DNA of 42,050 bases, from positions 1 to 42,050 of IMG/VR virus record IMGVR_UViG_3300037515_000347. One strand, written 5' to 3'. Origin of the DNA: a virus. Its lineage: Duplodnaviria > Caudoviricetes. Below the pieces are notes generated by a model. It saw only the letters and a program-made list of their open reading frames with translations, was not told the DNA's origin and made no database searches. Position numbers and translations under genes: made by a program. Positions 18,701 to 27,439 of the stretch are shown here, piece by piece. Each line of letters begins with the position of its first letter. Position 1 is the first letter of the stretch.

Positions 18701-18725
18701 CCCCAAGAAGAAGGGCTCGTCATGA
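15708..18725 (+). CDS. Tape measure protein (start uncertain)
   Basis: Long Ala-rich helical protein; MTLTKNVTLPIVAAG and TP901-type core; C-terminal AEGG...VGEKGPELFVP. Confidence 0.92.
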   Translation: MKTGMIVLRGGPMDGWVVRHDAPVLRPGWKPLPPRRSLVARLLRRPVRRWSGRYVVAGQTAVWVSDAGGTVGPDQPMILGENGPEFISPIRMLVVLILTGLALHEALTAGYLIALNIGQVFLELLADGGRFRQSVEEEARRAGDAGAKTLGDRLTAGLRKAGKSLQSVGMTLTKNVTLPIVAAGAAIFSVGKNFDTTLRQIVALTDTTADEIGGVRDAVLSLAGEVGKAPQELAEGFYFLASAGFETAEALEVLKSTAKASAVGLGTTADISKVVGAAINAYGKENLTAADAVDILLRAVKNGTAEAPDFAAALGNVIGTAAVMGATFSDVTAAVAALTIAGVGTDEAVTSLNQVLVSLLKPTNQAEEALDGMGLSSEGLRKQLKEKGLLSLLQTLEERFAGNDTAAAEVFGNVRALRGVLQLLGLDSEELTRIFEDTASGAQDLAGAFEDTEGPGRAADRAFARIQTSLILLSDDVLPIVADLLERVSGAVAAVADWFSKLPKEVRGGVVQFLALAAAAGPVLWIVGKLTSGLGLLYGAFRTVNGVAIWAGQAIGTQLASGLSGASTKVAAAINGLAKSSAVQGALSKVGSFMGSTLGKFVGIGVAGFLLLEVVNEYNRQKSGFRGQLNQIGADLASQIAEGSRAELERSRDALQTAIHDLEVAKISPFGGISGLLSQESIDDLKRKLAIVEMNLAAMPADAAGAINSSGGAVGAAAATIGDKIEKGFKSGSDGTGGADGAVVSVKDAIGNILGLLRSGRSDIQTAASDAADAIFGPQIAQANLAATEREIGEERQTVASKTATREQKEDAQARLNELNRTRIEQLAILAGYGDDASRETILAWARATVASKTASVEQIAAARHVIDTFGDWRDAAERLRFKLAQIVGLSRAQIIQNFSKSPSAGAGDIETTASGSRYAEGGYPPVGQASLVGEKGPELFVPKVPGLVLPSALTQALLGGSSGDVYNIGVNLPTTARPDPFETARELRRMSEMGVLAPKKKGSS

Positions 18726-19171
18726 GCGTCGCTGTCATCGGCCTGACCTACGGCGGGACCGACATCCAGGACCTGGACGGAATCTACATGGAGATCATCC
18801 GCGGGCTGGCCGAGCGTCCCTCCGTCCGCGGATCGGATACCGTCGTGCCCGGGCTGGCCGGCCGCATCCGGCGCTCCCGCGTCAACGACCTGCTGACCAT
18901 CGAACTCCGCGGCTGGGTCCGAGGCTCCGGGGCCGACGAGTCCGAACAGCGGTCGGACTTCGCCACCAACCGCCTGAACTTCCGAACGATCTTCAACCCG
19001 ACGCTCGGCGATCAGGACCTGGTGGCGACGCTGGAGGATGGCACGACCGCGACCATCAGCGCCCAGGCCTCGGAGCGGACGATCTGGAACCAGGTGGTCC
19101 CGACCTTTGCCGAGGTCTCGGTCGAGCTGGACTCCATCGATCCGGACTGGGTCCATTCGGTGGGGAGCTGA
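18722..19171 (+). CDS. Distal tail (Dit)-like protein
   Basis: Directly after TMP; VRGSDTVVPGLAG motif and terminal IDP. Confidence 0.72.
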   Translation: MSVAVIGLTYGGTDIQDLDGIYMEIIRGLAERPSVRGSDTVVPGLAGRIRRSRVNDLLTIELRGWVRGSGADESEQRSDFATNRLNFRTIFNPTLGDQDLVATLEDGTTATISAQASERTIWNQVVPTFAEVSVELDSIDPDWVHSVGS

Positions 19172-19173
19172 CC

Positions 19174-22100
19174 GTGACGAACCTCCTCACCGGGAAGACC
19201 ATCGGTGTCGGCAGCTCCGGCACGACTCCAGTCTCAGGCTGCGGCACGGCCACGCCACGCAACCCGAGTCGGATCAATGACGGTGACGCGCTGACCTACT
19301 CGGACATCTGCAATGCGTTGTCTGGCGGGTCGGGGACCATCCGGGGCTACTGGACGGCCGACCTTGGGGCCGCCTACGACGTTGACCAGAGCATCGTCAA
19401 CACCACGACGCAGCCCGGCGGTGGCGGGACGGGTGGCAACTTCGCCGGCCTGGGGATCGTCAGCCTCTACCACTCGGCGACGGGAACCTCGGGTCCATGG
19501 ACCCTGGCTGCAACATTCGGCGGGTGGACGAGCACCCAGGACGAGATCGATCAGATCCAGTCGTTCGCCTCAATCAATGCCCGGTACTGGAAGCTCGAAT
19601 GGGTCTGCTCAGGGTTCACCGGCGGCCTCCAGTACTACGTCGGCATCCAGCCGAACGACTGGCAGCTGGTGCAGGGCACCGCGGTGGCTCCGACCGCGGT
19701 CGGCTGGGATGTCTACGATGGCGGAGACCCGAACGGCGACATCCTCGACACCATCACGGAGGCATCCGAACGCAGCTTCCGGGTGGAGCTCAACGGCCCA
19801 GGCAGCGGCCGGCTGGTCATCAACCGCCATTCGGGTGAGGCAGCCGAGGCGACCTTCACGAAGGGAAACCTGGTCAAGATTCGCATCCCCGACCTGGGTG
19901 AGGACTACGTTGCCGGCTTTTTCGTCGAGTCAGGCGACTTCGAGCTGCTCTCGCCGGACGAGGAGGGCGGAGAGGAACTGACGTTCGGAGGCCGCGGGCT
20001 GCTGGCCTACCTCGACCGGGCCAGGATGTGGTTCGAGGCCTTCACGACCGGAACCGTCACCAATGACACCTGGACGGAGATCTGGGAAGCCGCCGGGATC
20101 TCGAAGCCGACCGGAACGGCCCTCTATGACTCCAATTGGCTGTGGGTCATCCATGAGACCACCCGCCGGGTCTACCGGATCAGCCAGACGGACCAGCACG
20201 TGCAGGTCCTCTCGGACCCGCTGTTCTCCGGCTATGCGGGCGGGCTCTCGATGGACCCGGCGGACTCCGCCGTCTACTGGGCGCTCGAGGCGCCGTGGCT
20301 GTCGGGATCATCGTCGAACACGAAGATCCACAAGATCCGCCAGAGCGATCACGTCATCCTCGCCACGTTCGACATGGGCTCGGCGATCAAGTTCACGTCG
20401 ATCAAGGTGTCCGCGACGTGGCTGTGGGCGACTCGCTGGGACGGCTCGACCACGATCTACCGGCTCAGCAAGGCGACGGGCGCCGTCTCGAACTCCTACT
20501 CGATCAGCTACGGCGGTTCGACGCAGGTCAACCCATCGGGGATCAGCGTCAACGGGACGAGCCTCGCCTACTGGTACGACGGCACGAAGCGAGCCCTCCT
20601 CGCCGACGAGTCCGCCCCGACCACGATCACCGGGGTCCTCGATGTCACGGGGATCAGCAGCCTGGGTGGTGATTGGACCACCGAGGGTGGCAACGACTAC
20701 CTCTACATGGACTCGGCCAGCGTCGGGCGAGTCTGGAAGTACCAGATCACCTCAGCGACGCCGGTCGACCCGGTCGATGGCATCTGGCGACTCGACGAGG
20801 CGTCCGCCGGCGCCGTCCTCGAGCGCGTCATCGGGGAGGCGCAGGACTATGCCCGTCCGCAGCAGCCGCTCCCCGACCTGACCCGCGCCTTCGACTTCAC
20901 CAACGACTCCGACGGGTCCGCATGGTATGCGGATGCGGGCGTGGCGGAGTTCACCGCCCAGATCGGCGAGTCCGTCCTGTCGGTCGCCCTCCGACTCATC
21001 CGGTATGGGCTCACCATCCAGATGTTCCCGACCCTGGAGATCGGCGGTTACAACGGCTACGGGACCGACCGCTCGTCGGCCACGTTCGCGACCGGCAAGA
21101 TCCGGTTCGAGGCCGGGGTCAACATCGCCGAGGGCCTGAAGCGCCAGATGGGCGCCAGGCGGGTCGACAGCGTCATGCTCGCCGAGGGCGAGGGGGACAT
21201 CTTCGCCACCGCCACGCAGAATGACCTGGGCTACGTCCAGGAGGGATACCTGGCCACCCGACTGCAGGATGCGGACGCCCTCGAAGGCACGGCGGACGTC
21301 GAACTCACCAAGCAACGGGCGGTTTCCGAGTCGCTGCAGATCGTCGCCCCATGGGGCAATGACGAGGCGAATGGCCACTATCTCCCCTACGTCCACTACT
21401 GGGTGGGTGACACGGTCCGCATCCACACCGGCACCTCGGCCTTCGACTACAACGAGGTCGACGCTCGCATCTACGCCGTCACCATCACGGAGTTGGAGAA
21501 CGGCGACTGGGAGGCGGTGCTCGACCTCGCCGAGGGACCGGTGGCCGAGACGACGGCTGGTGGCACATCCGGGGATGGCGGGAGTACGTCGGTCGGCGGG
21601 ACGGCGGTCGGCTCGAGCACCTCTGCCGTCGTCACGGTGGAGGACACGGCGAACAGCGACGAGGTCCAGGCGACCCGACTCTCCAGCCCGGACTGGTCGG
21701 TCACCGAGCCGGCCAGCCGTGAGGCGCGGATCCGGATGCGCTGGCCGATCCTGTCCCTGTTGGCCGACCTCGACATCGCCGCCATCGTCGACCGGCAGGG
21801 CATCACCTGGGATGCCTCGGAGTCGAAGTGGATCCCGGGCGACGTCATCCCCCGCATCAACGCCCTCGGGTCCGTCGGGTCCACGGCCACGGCCGACCCC
21901 GCCGACGGCGAGATCGTCACCGCCACGCTGACCGAGGACTGCACGCTGACGCTGGACCCGCCAACCGGCAACTATGCCTCGCTGGTCGCGTGGGTGACGC
22001 AGGACGGCACCGGGGGCTGGGACCTGACGCTGGCGGCCGGCGGTGGCGGATCGTTCGCCTGGGACGGCGGGACGACCCCATCGCCAGACACCACGGCCGG

Positions 22101-22296
22101 CGTGACCGTCCGCTACATCTTCGAGACGGTGGACGGCGGGGCCAACTGGGTGGGCAACCTCGTCGGTGGGTCGGCAGCGGATGTGCAGGATGCCGGACGT
22201 TGGGAGGTCATCATGGCACCAGGGGTGACGAGTCCGCCCGATCCTGTGCAAACGCCGGACGGCGACGATTGGGTCTACGGGTGGGTGTCGGCATGA
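19174..22296 (+). CDS. Large multidomain tail tip/hub protein (1040 aa)
   Basis: GTG start after the Dit stop; SFRVELNGPGSG Tal-like motif; beta-rich W/Y repeats; YWVGDTVRI; TQDGTGG fibre-like C-terminal domain. Confidence 0.85.
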   Translation: MTNLLTGKTIGVGSSGTTPVSGCGTATPRNPSRINDGDALTYSDICNALSGGSGTIRGYWTADLGAAYDVDQSIVNTTTQPGGGGTGGNFAGLGIVSLYHSATGTSGPWTLAATFGGWTSTQDEIDQIQSFASINARYWKLEWVCSGFTGGLQYYVGIQPNDWQLVQGTAVAPTAVGWDVYDGGDPNGDILDTITEASERSFRVELNGPGSGRLVINRHSGEAAEATFTKGNLVKIRIPDLGEDYVAGFFVESGDFELLSPDEEGGEELTFGGRGLLAYLDRARMWFEAFTTGTVTNDTWTEIWEAAGISKPTGTALYDSNWLWVIHETTRRVYRISQTDQHVQVLSDPLFSGYAGGLSMDPADSAVYWALEAPWLSGSSSNTKIHKIRQSDHVILATFDMGSAIKFTSIKVSATWLWATRWDGSTTIYRLSKATGAVSNSYSISYGGSTQVNPSGISVNGTSLAYWYDGTKRALLADESAPTTITGVLDVTGISSLGGDWTTEGGNDYLYMDSASVGRVWKYQITSATPVDPVDGIWRLDEASAGAVLERVIGEAQDYARPQQPLPDLTRAFDFTNDSDGSAWYADAGVAEFTAQIGESVLSVALRLIRYGLTIQMFPTLEIGGYNGYGTDRSSATFATGKIRFEAGVNIAEGLKRQMGARRVDSVMLAEGEGDIFATATQNDLGYVQEGYLATRLQDADALEGTADVELTKQRAVSESLQIVAPWGNDEANGHYLPYVHYWVGDTVRIHTGTSAFDYNEVDARIYAVTITELENGDWEAVLDLAEGPVAETTAGGTSGDGGSTSVGGTAVGSSTSAVVTVEDTANSDEVQATRLSSPDWSVTEPASREARIRMRWPILSLLADLDIAAIVDRQGITWDASESKWIPGDVIPRINALGSVGSTATADPADGEIVTATLTEDCTLTLDPPTGNYASLVAWVTQDGTGGWDLTLAAGGGGSFAWDGGTTPSPDTTAGVTVRYIFETVDGGANWVGNLVGGSAADVQDAGRWEVIMAPGVTSPPDPVQTPDGDDWVYGWVSA

Positions 22297-23195
22297 GCCG
22301 CGAGAACAGCTACGCGCCGCTCGACTCGGCCGGACAGGTACCGCTGGACCGGCTCGGTAATGCCGTCTCCCCGGACGTGCAGGTCTTTACCACCGGAACG
22401 GGGACATGGACCAAGCCCACCGGAGCGACGTTCGTCCGGGTGCAGGTCTACGGCCCCGGTGGCGCGGGTGGATCTGGTCGGCGCGGGGCGTCATCCTCGG
22501 CACGCTGCGGTGGAGGGGCGGGCGGCGGTGGTGGCTACAGCGAAGCCACGTTCCTCGCGTCCGAGTTGCCGGCCACGGTCAACGTGACGATCCCGACGCC
22601 ACCGACTGGCGGGGCTGCCGTGACCGCCGACGACACCAACGGCGACAACGGCGCGTGGAACAGCATCGCCTACTTCGGGGCGTCATCTGCGGCGGCCTAT
22701 GTGTCCGCCTCGTCGGGCAACCGTGGAATCGGTGGAACGACGGCAGCAGCAGTGACCGGCGGCACGGGCGGCCCAGGCGTCCTCGCTGGGGACTCCGGCG
22801 CATCCGGCACGACCTCCACTGGCACGGCCAAGACCTTCGTATCGGGTGTCCCCACGCGCGGTGGCGGCGGCGGAGCAGGGATGCTCGCCGGTGGCGACGT
22901 GGAGGCCGCCGGTGGAACTGGCTTCTGGCCGAGCATCAGCTACGCGCAGACCTCCCCGGCCAACGGCGGGGCAGTCCACACCGACGGTGGGCCCGGCGTC
23001 AGCTCCGGCTTCGGCACGGTACCCGGCGCGTCCGGCGGCGGCGGTGGCTCCAGCAACGGCGCGGTAGGCGGCAACGGCGGCGCTGGCACGGCCATCGGTG
23101 CCGGTGGTGGTGGCGGTGGAGCCTCGACCAACGGCTTCGCCTCCGGGGCTGGTGGGGATGGCGGACCGGGCGCGGTCATCGTGACGAGCTGGTAG
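22293..23195 (+). CDS. Glycine-rich minor tail/fibre protein
   Basis: VFTTGTGTWTKPTGATFVRVQVYGPGGAGGSG...GGDGGPGAVIV glycine-rich domain. Confidence 0.82.
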   Translation: MSRENSYAPLDSAGQVPLDRLGNAVSPDVQVFTTGTGTWTKPTGATFVRVQVYGPGGAGGSGRRGASSSARCGGGAGGGGGYSEATFLASELPATVNVTIPTPPTGGAAVTADDTNGDNGAWNSIAYFGASSAAAYVSASSGNRGIGGTTAAAVTGGTGGPGVLAGDSGASGTTSTGTAKTFVSGVPTRGGGGGAGMLAGGDVEAAGGTGFWPSISYAQTSPANGGAVHTDGGPGVSSGFGTVPGASGGGGGSSNGAVGGNGGAGTAIGAGGGGGGASTNGFASGAGGDGGPGAVIVTSW

Positions 23196-23207
23196 GAGGC
23201 AACGTGC

Positions 23208-24032
23208 ATGGCAGCCATTGACGACATCCTGATCCCAAGCCTGATCCTCGCGGAGCAGGGCAGCCCACCGGCGACACCCAGCGCAAGTCATCGTCGATTG
23301 TTTGTCGGGTCGGACGGCCTGCTCAAGTGGATCGACAGCGCCGGTGCGACCTCGCCACTTGTCACGTTGAACAAATGGGATGCCACCACGGCTCCGGATG
23401 TCGATGACGACGACTCGGCTGGCTACGCGGTCGGCTCTCGTTGGATCGATGTCACCGGGGACGCTGAGTACGTTTGCCTCGACGCCTCGACGGGGGCTGC
23501 GGTCTGGACGGAGACGACGGCGGAGGCCGCTGGGGGTCTGACGACCGACACTCTCGGCACCACCTCAGACGGCGGCAGCGACGAGACGACCGCCGGCTCG
23601 CGATGGTGGGGCAAACTGGTCACGCCGGCGAACGCCGGAATGATTACCGGCATCGGGGCGCTCATCCGCGGCACCGCGGCAGCCGTTGACTTCGGGATCT
23701 ACGCCGCCATCTACGATGACAACTCCAGCGTGCCGCAGAACGTCATCGCGTTCAACTTTCCAGGCGGTGGGAACGGGACCGGCATCCGGCTCAACGCAAC
23801 GGATCGCTGGCTCTGGGTCCCGATCTCCTACTATGCCGCCGCGAGCACGCCAATCTGGATCGTGTTCGGCATGGTGAACTGGGACACCAGCAACTTCACC
23901 ATCGCCTACGCTGGGAGCGGATCGGACTACAACGGGCCATCAACGTCGGTTGCGGGCGACGCCTCCATTGCCTCGACGGCCCCGTCGAGCACGGCCAATG
24001 ACTACTCCCTCCAAGCGAAGTTGCTCCGCTAG
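23208..24032 (+). CDS. Minor tail/fibre-associated structural protein
   Basis: SD aggagg; APDVDDDDSAGYAVGSRWID...YVCLDASTGAAVW motif seen in fibre proteins; beta-rich C-terminal domain. Confidence 0.7.
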   Translation: MAAIDDILIPSLILAEQGSPPATPSASHRRLFVGSDGLLKWIDSAGATSPLVTLNKWDATTAPDVDDDDSAGYAVGSRWIDVTGDAEYVCLDASTGAAVWTETTAEAAGGLTTDTLGTTSDGGSDETTAGSRWWGKLVTPANAGMITGIGALIRGTAAAVDFGIYAAIYDDNSSVPQNVIAFNFPGGGNGTGIRLNATDRWLWVPISYYAAASTPIWIVFGMVNWDTSNFTIAYAGSGSDYNGPSTSVAGDASIASTAPSSTANDYSLQAKLLR

Positions 24033-24062
24033 TGTCAATGCCTCACGTATCCTCTGGCCATC

Positions 24063-25196
24063 ATGCGATGGTGTCTGCTAGTTGCCCTGGTGCTGGTCGT
24101 GGGTAGCCGACTCCTCCTGGCCGCAGGTGCCGGGTCCGGGTCCGGCTACACGCCGCTCAGTCACCTAGCGTCCTTCCATGCGGCGCTCGCGGGAGCAGAT
24201 GCAGCGCCGGTTGACATCCTGGCAATCGGCGACAGCATCACGCTGGGGCAAGCCGCAACGTCCACCGGGGCCCGCTGGCCCGACCGCCTGGCCGCCGCCC
24301 TCGCCGCGGCCTACTCAACGACGGTGGCCACCCACTACCCTCCGGTGTGGGACTCGGGCTCGCGGCCGTTCGCCAACCCTTGGTCAACTACCGGATCGCC
24401 GACGCTGAACACCAACTTTGGGCCGGGACGGATCGCCGGGAACCTGACGACCGGGAAGACGATGAGCTATACGTTCACCGGCACCGCGTTCGACCTCTAC
24501 TACGCCCAGGGTCCCTCCGGATCTGGGTTCGGGCAGTTCACCTACGAAGTCGACAGCGGCGGTACCACCAACGTGGATGCCCGCAACGCGACGCAGACGG
24601 GCTCTCGACGAATCCGCGTTACGGGGCTATCTGCGGCCTCACACACGGTCGACCTCGTCCCGGTGTCGGGATCCGTGCCCATCGAGGGGATCATCGGCTA
24701 CAACGGCAACGAGTCCAGCGGGATCCATCTCTGGAACGCGGGCCACGGCGGCTACACGAGCGACGAGTTCACCGACGCCACGAAGCCGCACTGGTTGGAC
24801 CTCCTCGACACGGTGGACCCCGGTCTCGTGATCATCACGCTCGGAGTCAATGATGCCTACGGTCCCGCCGTGGCCGTCGCCGATTTCAAGGCCAACCTCC
24901 AGCAGATCATCAGCGATGTGCGAGCCGGTGCCTCAGGGGACCCGCCGTTCCTGGTCCTCGGGCTCTACCAGGCGGTCGACCGTTCGACCTGGGTGGACTA
25001 CATCACAGCGATGCAGGAGGTTGTCAACGAGGATGCCCACCTACCGCGGACACTGACGTTTCTCTCGCTGGTGGACGACTTCGGCGGCTACAGTGACGTG
25101 GTGGCCGGCACCAATGTCGACAGTGATCGGATCCACCCGACGAGCGCAGGCCACGAGTACATCGCCGGACTTGTGGAAGCCGGGATCACACCATAG
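24063..25196 (+). CDS. SGNH/GDSL esterase with N-terminal signal/anchor and inserted beta-sandwich
   Basis: AIGDSIT (block I), NAGHGG (II), LGVND (III), DRIHP (V); hydrophobic N-terminus MRWCLLVALVLVVG. Confidence 0.85.
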   Translation: MRWCLLVALVLVVGSRLLLAAGAGSGSGYTPLSHLASFHAALAGADAAPVDILAIGDSITLGQAATSTGARWPDRLAAALAAAYSTTVATHYPPVWDSGSRPFANPWSTTGSPTLNTNFGPGRIAGNLTTGKTMSYTFTGTAFDLYYAQGPSGSGFGQFTYEVDSGGTTNVDARNATQTGSRRIRVTGLSAASHTVDLVPVSGSVPIEGIIGYNGNESSGIHLWNAGHGGYTSDEFTDATKPHWLDLLDTVDPGLVIITLGVNDAYGPAVAVADFKANLQQIISDVRAGASGDPPFLVLGLYQAVDRSTWVDYITAMQEVVNEDAHLPRTLTFLSLVDDFGGYSDVVAGTNVDSDRIHPTSAGHEYIAGLVEAGITP

Positions 25197-25249
25197 GGGA
25201 ATCCGGTAGTGCATCAGTTTGACGGGCCCTGACCCACCACCGCAAGACC

Positions 25250-25286
25250 AACAGCCCCTCAGCCTTCGGGCTGGGGGGCTGTTTTT
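25250..25286 (+). terminator. Rho-independent terminator ending the structural operon
   Basis: aacagcccctcagcc-TTCG-ggctggggggctgtt followed by a T-run. Confidence 0.88.
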
Positions 25287-25335
25287 GCTTCCATAACCGA
25301 CATTATCGGCAGTGAACTCTTGCCGCGCAAGGGGC

Positions 25336-25364
25336 TTGACACGCCAGTTGCAACAGGGTAAGGT
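25336..25364 (+). promoter_or_regulatory. Sigma70-type early promoter, leaderless
   Basis: TTGACA (25336) -17 nt- TAAGGT (25359) -7 nt- ATG (25372); spacer contains the near-palindrome CCAGTTGCAACAGG. Confidence 0.8.
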
Positions 25365-25371
25365 CCGCACC

Positions 25372-25572
25372 ATGACAGTCGATGGCATCCCGACCACCTG
25401 GCGCCGGCGCCGAGTCGGCGCCGGCCTCACCCTCAGCGAGTTGGCCCGCCGATCGGGCGTCAACAAGGGCGACCTGAGCCGGATCGAACGCGGCTGGCCA
25501 GCGAGCGTGGACCAGGCGCTCGCGATCGCCCGTGTCCTCGAGGCTGCGGAGCAGCCCCCGGCCTCGCAGTGA
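25372..25572 (+). CDS. XRE/Cro-like helix-turn-helix regulator
   Basis: RRVGAGLTLSELARRSGVNKGDLSRIERG. Confidence 0.88.
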   Translation: MTVDGIPTTWRRRRVGAGLTLSELARRSGVNKGDLSRIERGWPASVDQALAIARVLEAAEQPPASQ

Positions 25573-25880
25573 CCGGCATGCGCGCCGCCCTGGTCACCTC
25601 GCAGGCGCTCGACGCGGGCACCTTCGCCCTCGCTGCGCTGCTGCTGCCGTCGGTCCTGCTCTACGAGGTCAACCCGCTGGTCGTGGGCCTCGTCTCGGTG
25701 GTCGGAGTCGCGGGCTTCGTCGCCGTCAAGGTGGGGATCGGCCTCTTCGCCGCCTACGCCCTGGGCCGCGTCGGGCGTCCGGCGCGATGGCTCCGCGGGC
25801 TCATCGTCGTGGGGATCCTCGTGACGCTCGCGGGCGCCGTGAGCAACCTCGTGGTGGTGGCGCAGGTGGCGCGGCTCTGA
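25569..25880 (+). CDS. Integral membrane protein (3 TM, ExNP motif)
   Basis: Hydrophobic segments; EVNPLV. Confidence 0.75.
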   Translation: MTGMRAALVTSQALDAGTFALAALLLPSVLLYEVNPLVVGLVSVVGVAGFVAVKVGIGLFAAYALGRVGRPARWLRGLIVVGILVTLAGAVSNLVVVAQVARL

Positions 25881-26239
25881 TGGATCAGCTGACGCTCGAT
25901 CAGGCAGCCACCGCGCGGAACGTGTCGCTCCCCGGCCTGCGGGTGGGCCGCCACCTGACCATCGCCGAGCGGTACCGCGAGTGGCGCGCGACCGAGGATG
26001 GGCGCCTCGTCTTCACCGAACTCGTCAAGCGAGCCCTGCGCCTGCGCGCGGCCGGCTGGCGCCACTACGGGGCCAAGGCCATCGTGGAGTCCATCCGCTT
26101 CGACCGCTCGATTGAGCTTGGCCGCTCGGCCGGGTGGAAGTGCAACGACCACCACACCGCCCATCTGGCGCGCGAGGCGATGGACGCCGTGCCGGACCTG
26201 CGCGGGTTTTTCGAGACGCGCTCGCTGAGGGCCGAGTGA
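25880..26239 (+). CDS. Conserved-looking phage hypothetical protein
   Basis: TGATG coupling; YGAKAIVESIRF...NDHHTAHLAR...LRGFFETR. Confidence 0.75.
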   Translation: MDQLTLDQAATARNVSLPGLRVGRHLTIAERYREWRATEDGRLVFTELVKRALRLRAAGWRHYGAKAIVESIRFDRSIELGRSAGWKCNDHHTAHLAREAMDAVPDLRGFFETRSLRAE

Positions 26240-26361
26240 TGGGCGAGATCATCGCCAGCTTCGGCGCCCTCGCGCTGGTCATCGGCGCGCTGTCGCTCGC
26301 TCTGGCCGCGATGGCAGCGGTCGGCGACTGGATCGACCGACGGAACGGAGGGACCTGGTGA
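26239..26361 (+). CDS. Small membrane peptide
   Basis: TGATG and GTGA coupling; single TM segment. Confidence 0.55.
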   Translation: MGEIIASFGALALVIGALSLALAAMAAVGDWIDRRNGGTW

Positions 26362-26585
26362 GATACCGCGGCACGTGGACGACGCCCGACGGGCCGTACC
26401 CGTCCTCGCACCTGATTTCGGAGCCCGTCGGCGACGCCTATGAGGTCCTCGGCTGGCGCCTCCGCTGTGGGCGGCCGTACTACCCGGAGCACCTCGCGCC
26501 GGGCGTCTGGACACCGACCCCGGAGCCGCCGGCCACCGGGAAGACCTGTGAGAGTTGCTTGCGTCTGAGCCGGAGGGACGGCTGA
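26358..26585 (+). CDS. Small Cys/His zinc-finger-like protein
   Basis: SD ggaggg; H...CG...TCESC. Confidence 0.6.
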   Translation: MRYRGTWTTPDGPYPSSHLISEPVGDAYEVLGWRLRCGRPYYPEHLAPGVWTPTPEPPATGKTCESCLRLSRRDG

Positions 26586-26827
26586 TGACCGTCGCCGAAC
26601 GACCCCGCACGCGCCGGCCGATGCCCTGCTGCCGCTGTGGCCTGTTCCCTCGCTACGACGAGACCTTCATCTGTGCCGGCTGCTCGGCGGACCCCTCGAC
26701 GCGCAGCGAGCGCGAGATGGCCGAGGCCGAGCATCCGGGCAACGTCTGGGCACAGCGGTACGCCGTCCAGCGCCTGTTCGGCTGGAAGGGCGGCTGGTCA
26801 CGCAAGGAGGGAGAACGACATGGCTGA
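26585..26827 (+). CDS. Small CxxC-CxxC protein
   Basis: CCRCG...ICAGC; coupled start. Confidence 0.6.
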   Translation: MTVAERPRTRRPMPCCRCGLFPRYDETFICAGCSADPSTRSEREMAEAEHPGNVWAQRYAVQRLFGWKGGWSRKEGERHG

Positions 26828-27080
26828 GTTTGAGATCGTCAAGCCGGAGGAGGTCCCGGCGAGGCGTGGCGGCCGGGGGCCGAGTGAGCTGGCACTGGTC
26901 CTGGAGCGTGGCGAGACCGTCTTCGTTCCCGGCTTGCGCCGCAACCCGATGCCGACACGGACCAGCTACCTCGCGGTGCGCGGCTTCGCGGTCCACTCCC
27001 GGCGGGGCGAGCGGAACGGCACCAAGGGCATCTACCTGTGGGCCGAGCGGCGAGACACCGAGGCCGTGAAGTCGGCCTGA
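26820..27080 (+). CDS. Small hypothetical DNA-binding-like protein
   Basis: SD ggaggg; MAEFEIVKPEEVPARRGGRG. Confidence 0.65.
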   Translation: MAEFEIVKPEEVPARRGGRGPSELALVLERGETVFVPGLRRNPMPTRTSYLAVRGFAVHSRRGERNGTKGIYLWAERRDTEAVKSA

Positions 27081-27154
27081 CATCGGACGGATGGTCGGCC
27101 TGGGGGAGTTGGAGGCCCCCCCGGGCCGGCCGCAACACCAAGGGAGGAAGACAC

Positions 27155-27439
27155 GTGGCACGAGCAGACGCCATCCAGCACGCGAACCGCAACCGGCGGC
27201 GGTCGTTCGACCTGTCGCCGTGGGTTCGCCAGCGGGTCGACCTGACCGGGCTGGAGTTGCCGGCCGGCTACCACATCACCGGGTCGTACCGCTCCATGCG
27301 GGGCCGCTACAGCTTCTCGCTCTGGCGGCCAGGCCTGCGGATCGTAGACCATTGCGAGGTCCTCGACCCGCAGGCGGCGCTCGCCTCGCTGGTGGACATC
27401 GCCCACGTGGACGCGCGGGAGCGCGGGGAGGGGACATGA
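27155..27439 (+). CDS. Hypothetical protein
   Basis: SD gggagg with a GTG start. Confidence 0.55.
   Translation: MARADAIQHANRNRRRSFDLSPWVRQRVDLTGLELPAGYHITGSYRSMRGRYSFSLWRPGLRIVDHCEVLDPQAALASLVDIAHVDARERGEGT

Noticed and set aside
18601-19173. Track start of the 1231-aa ORF at 18601
   Set aside because: This part overlaps TMP and Dit and translates as R/P-rich nonsense; the GTG at 19174 after the Dit stop is the plausible start.
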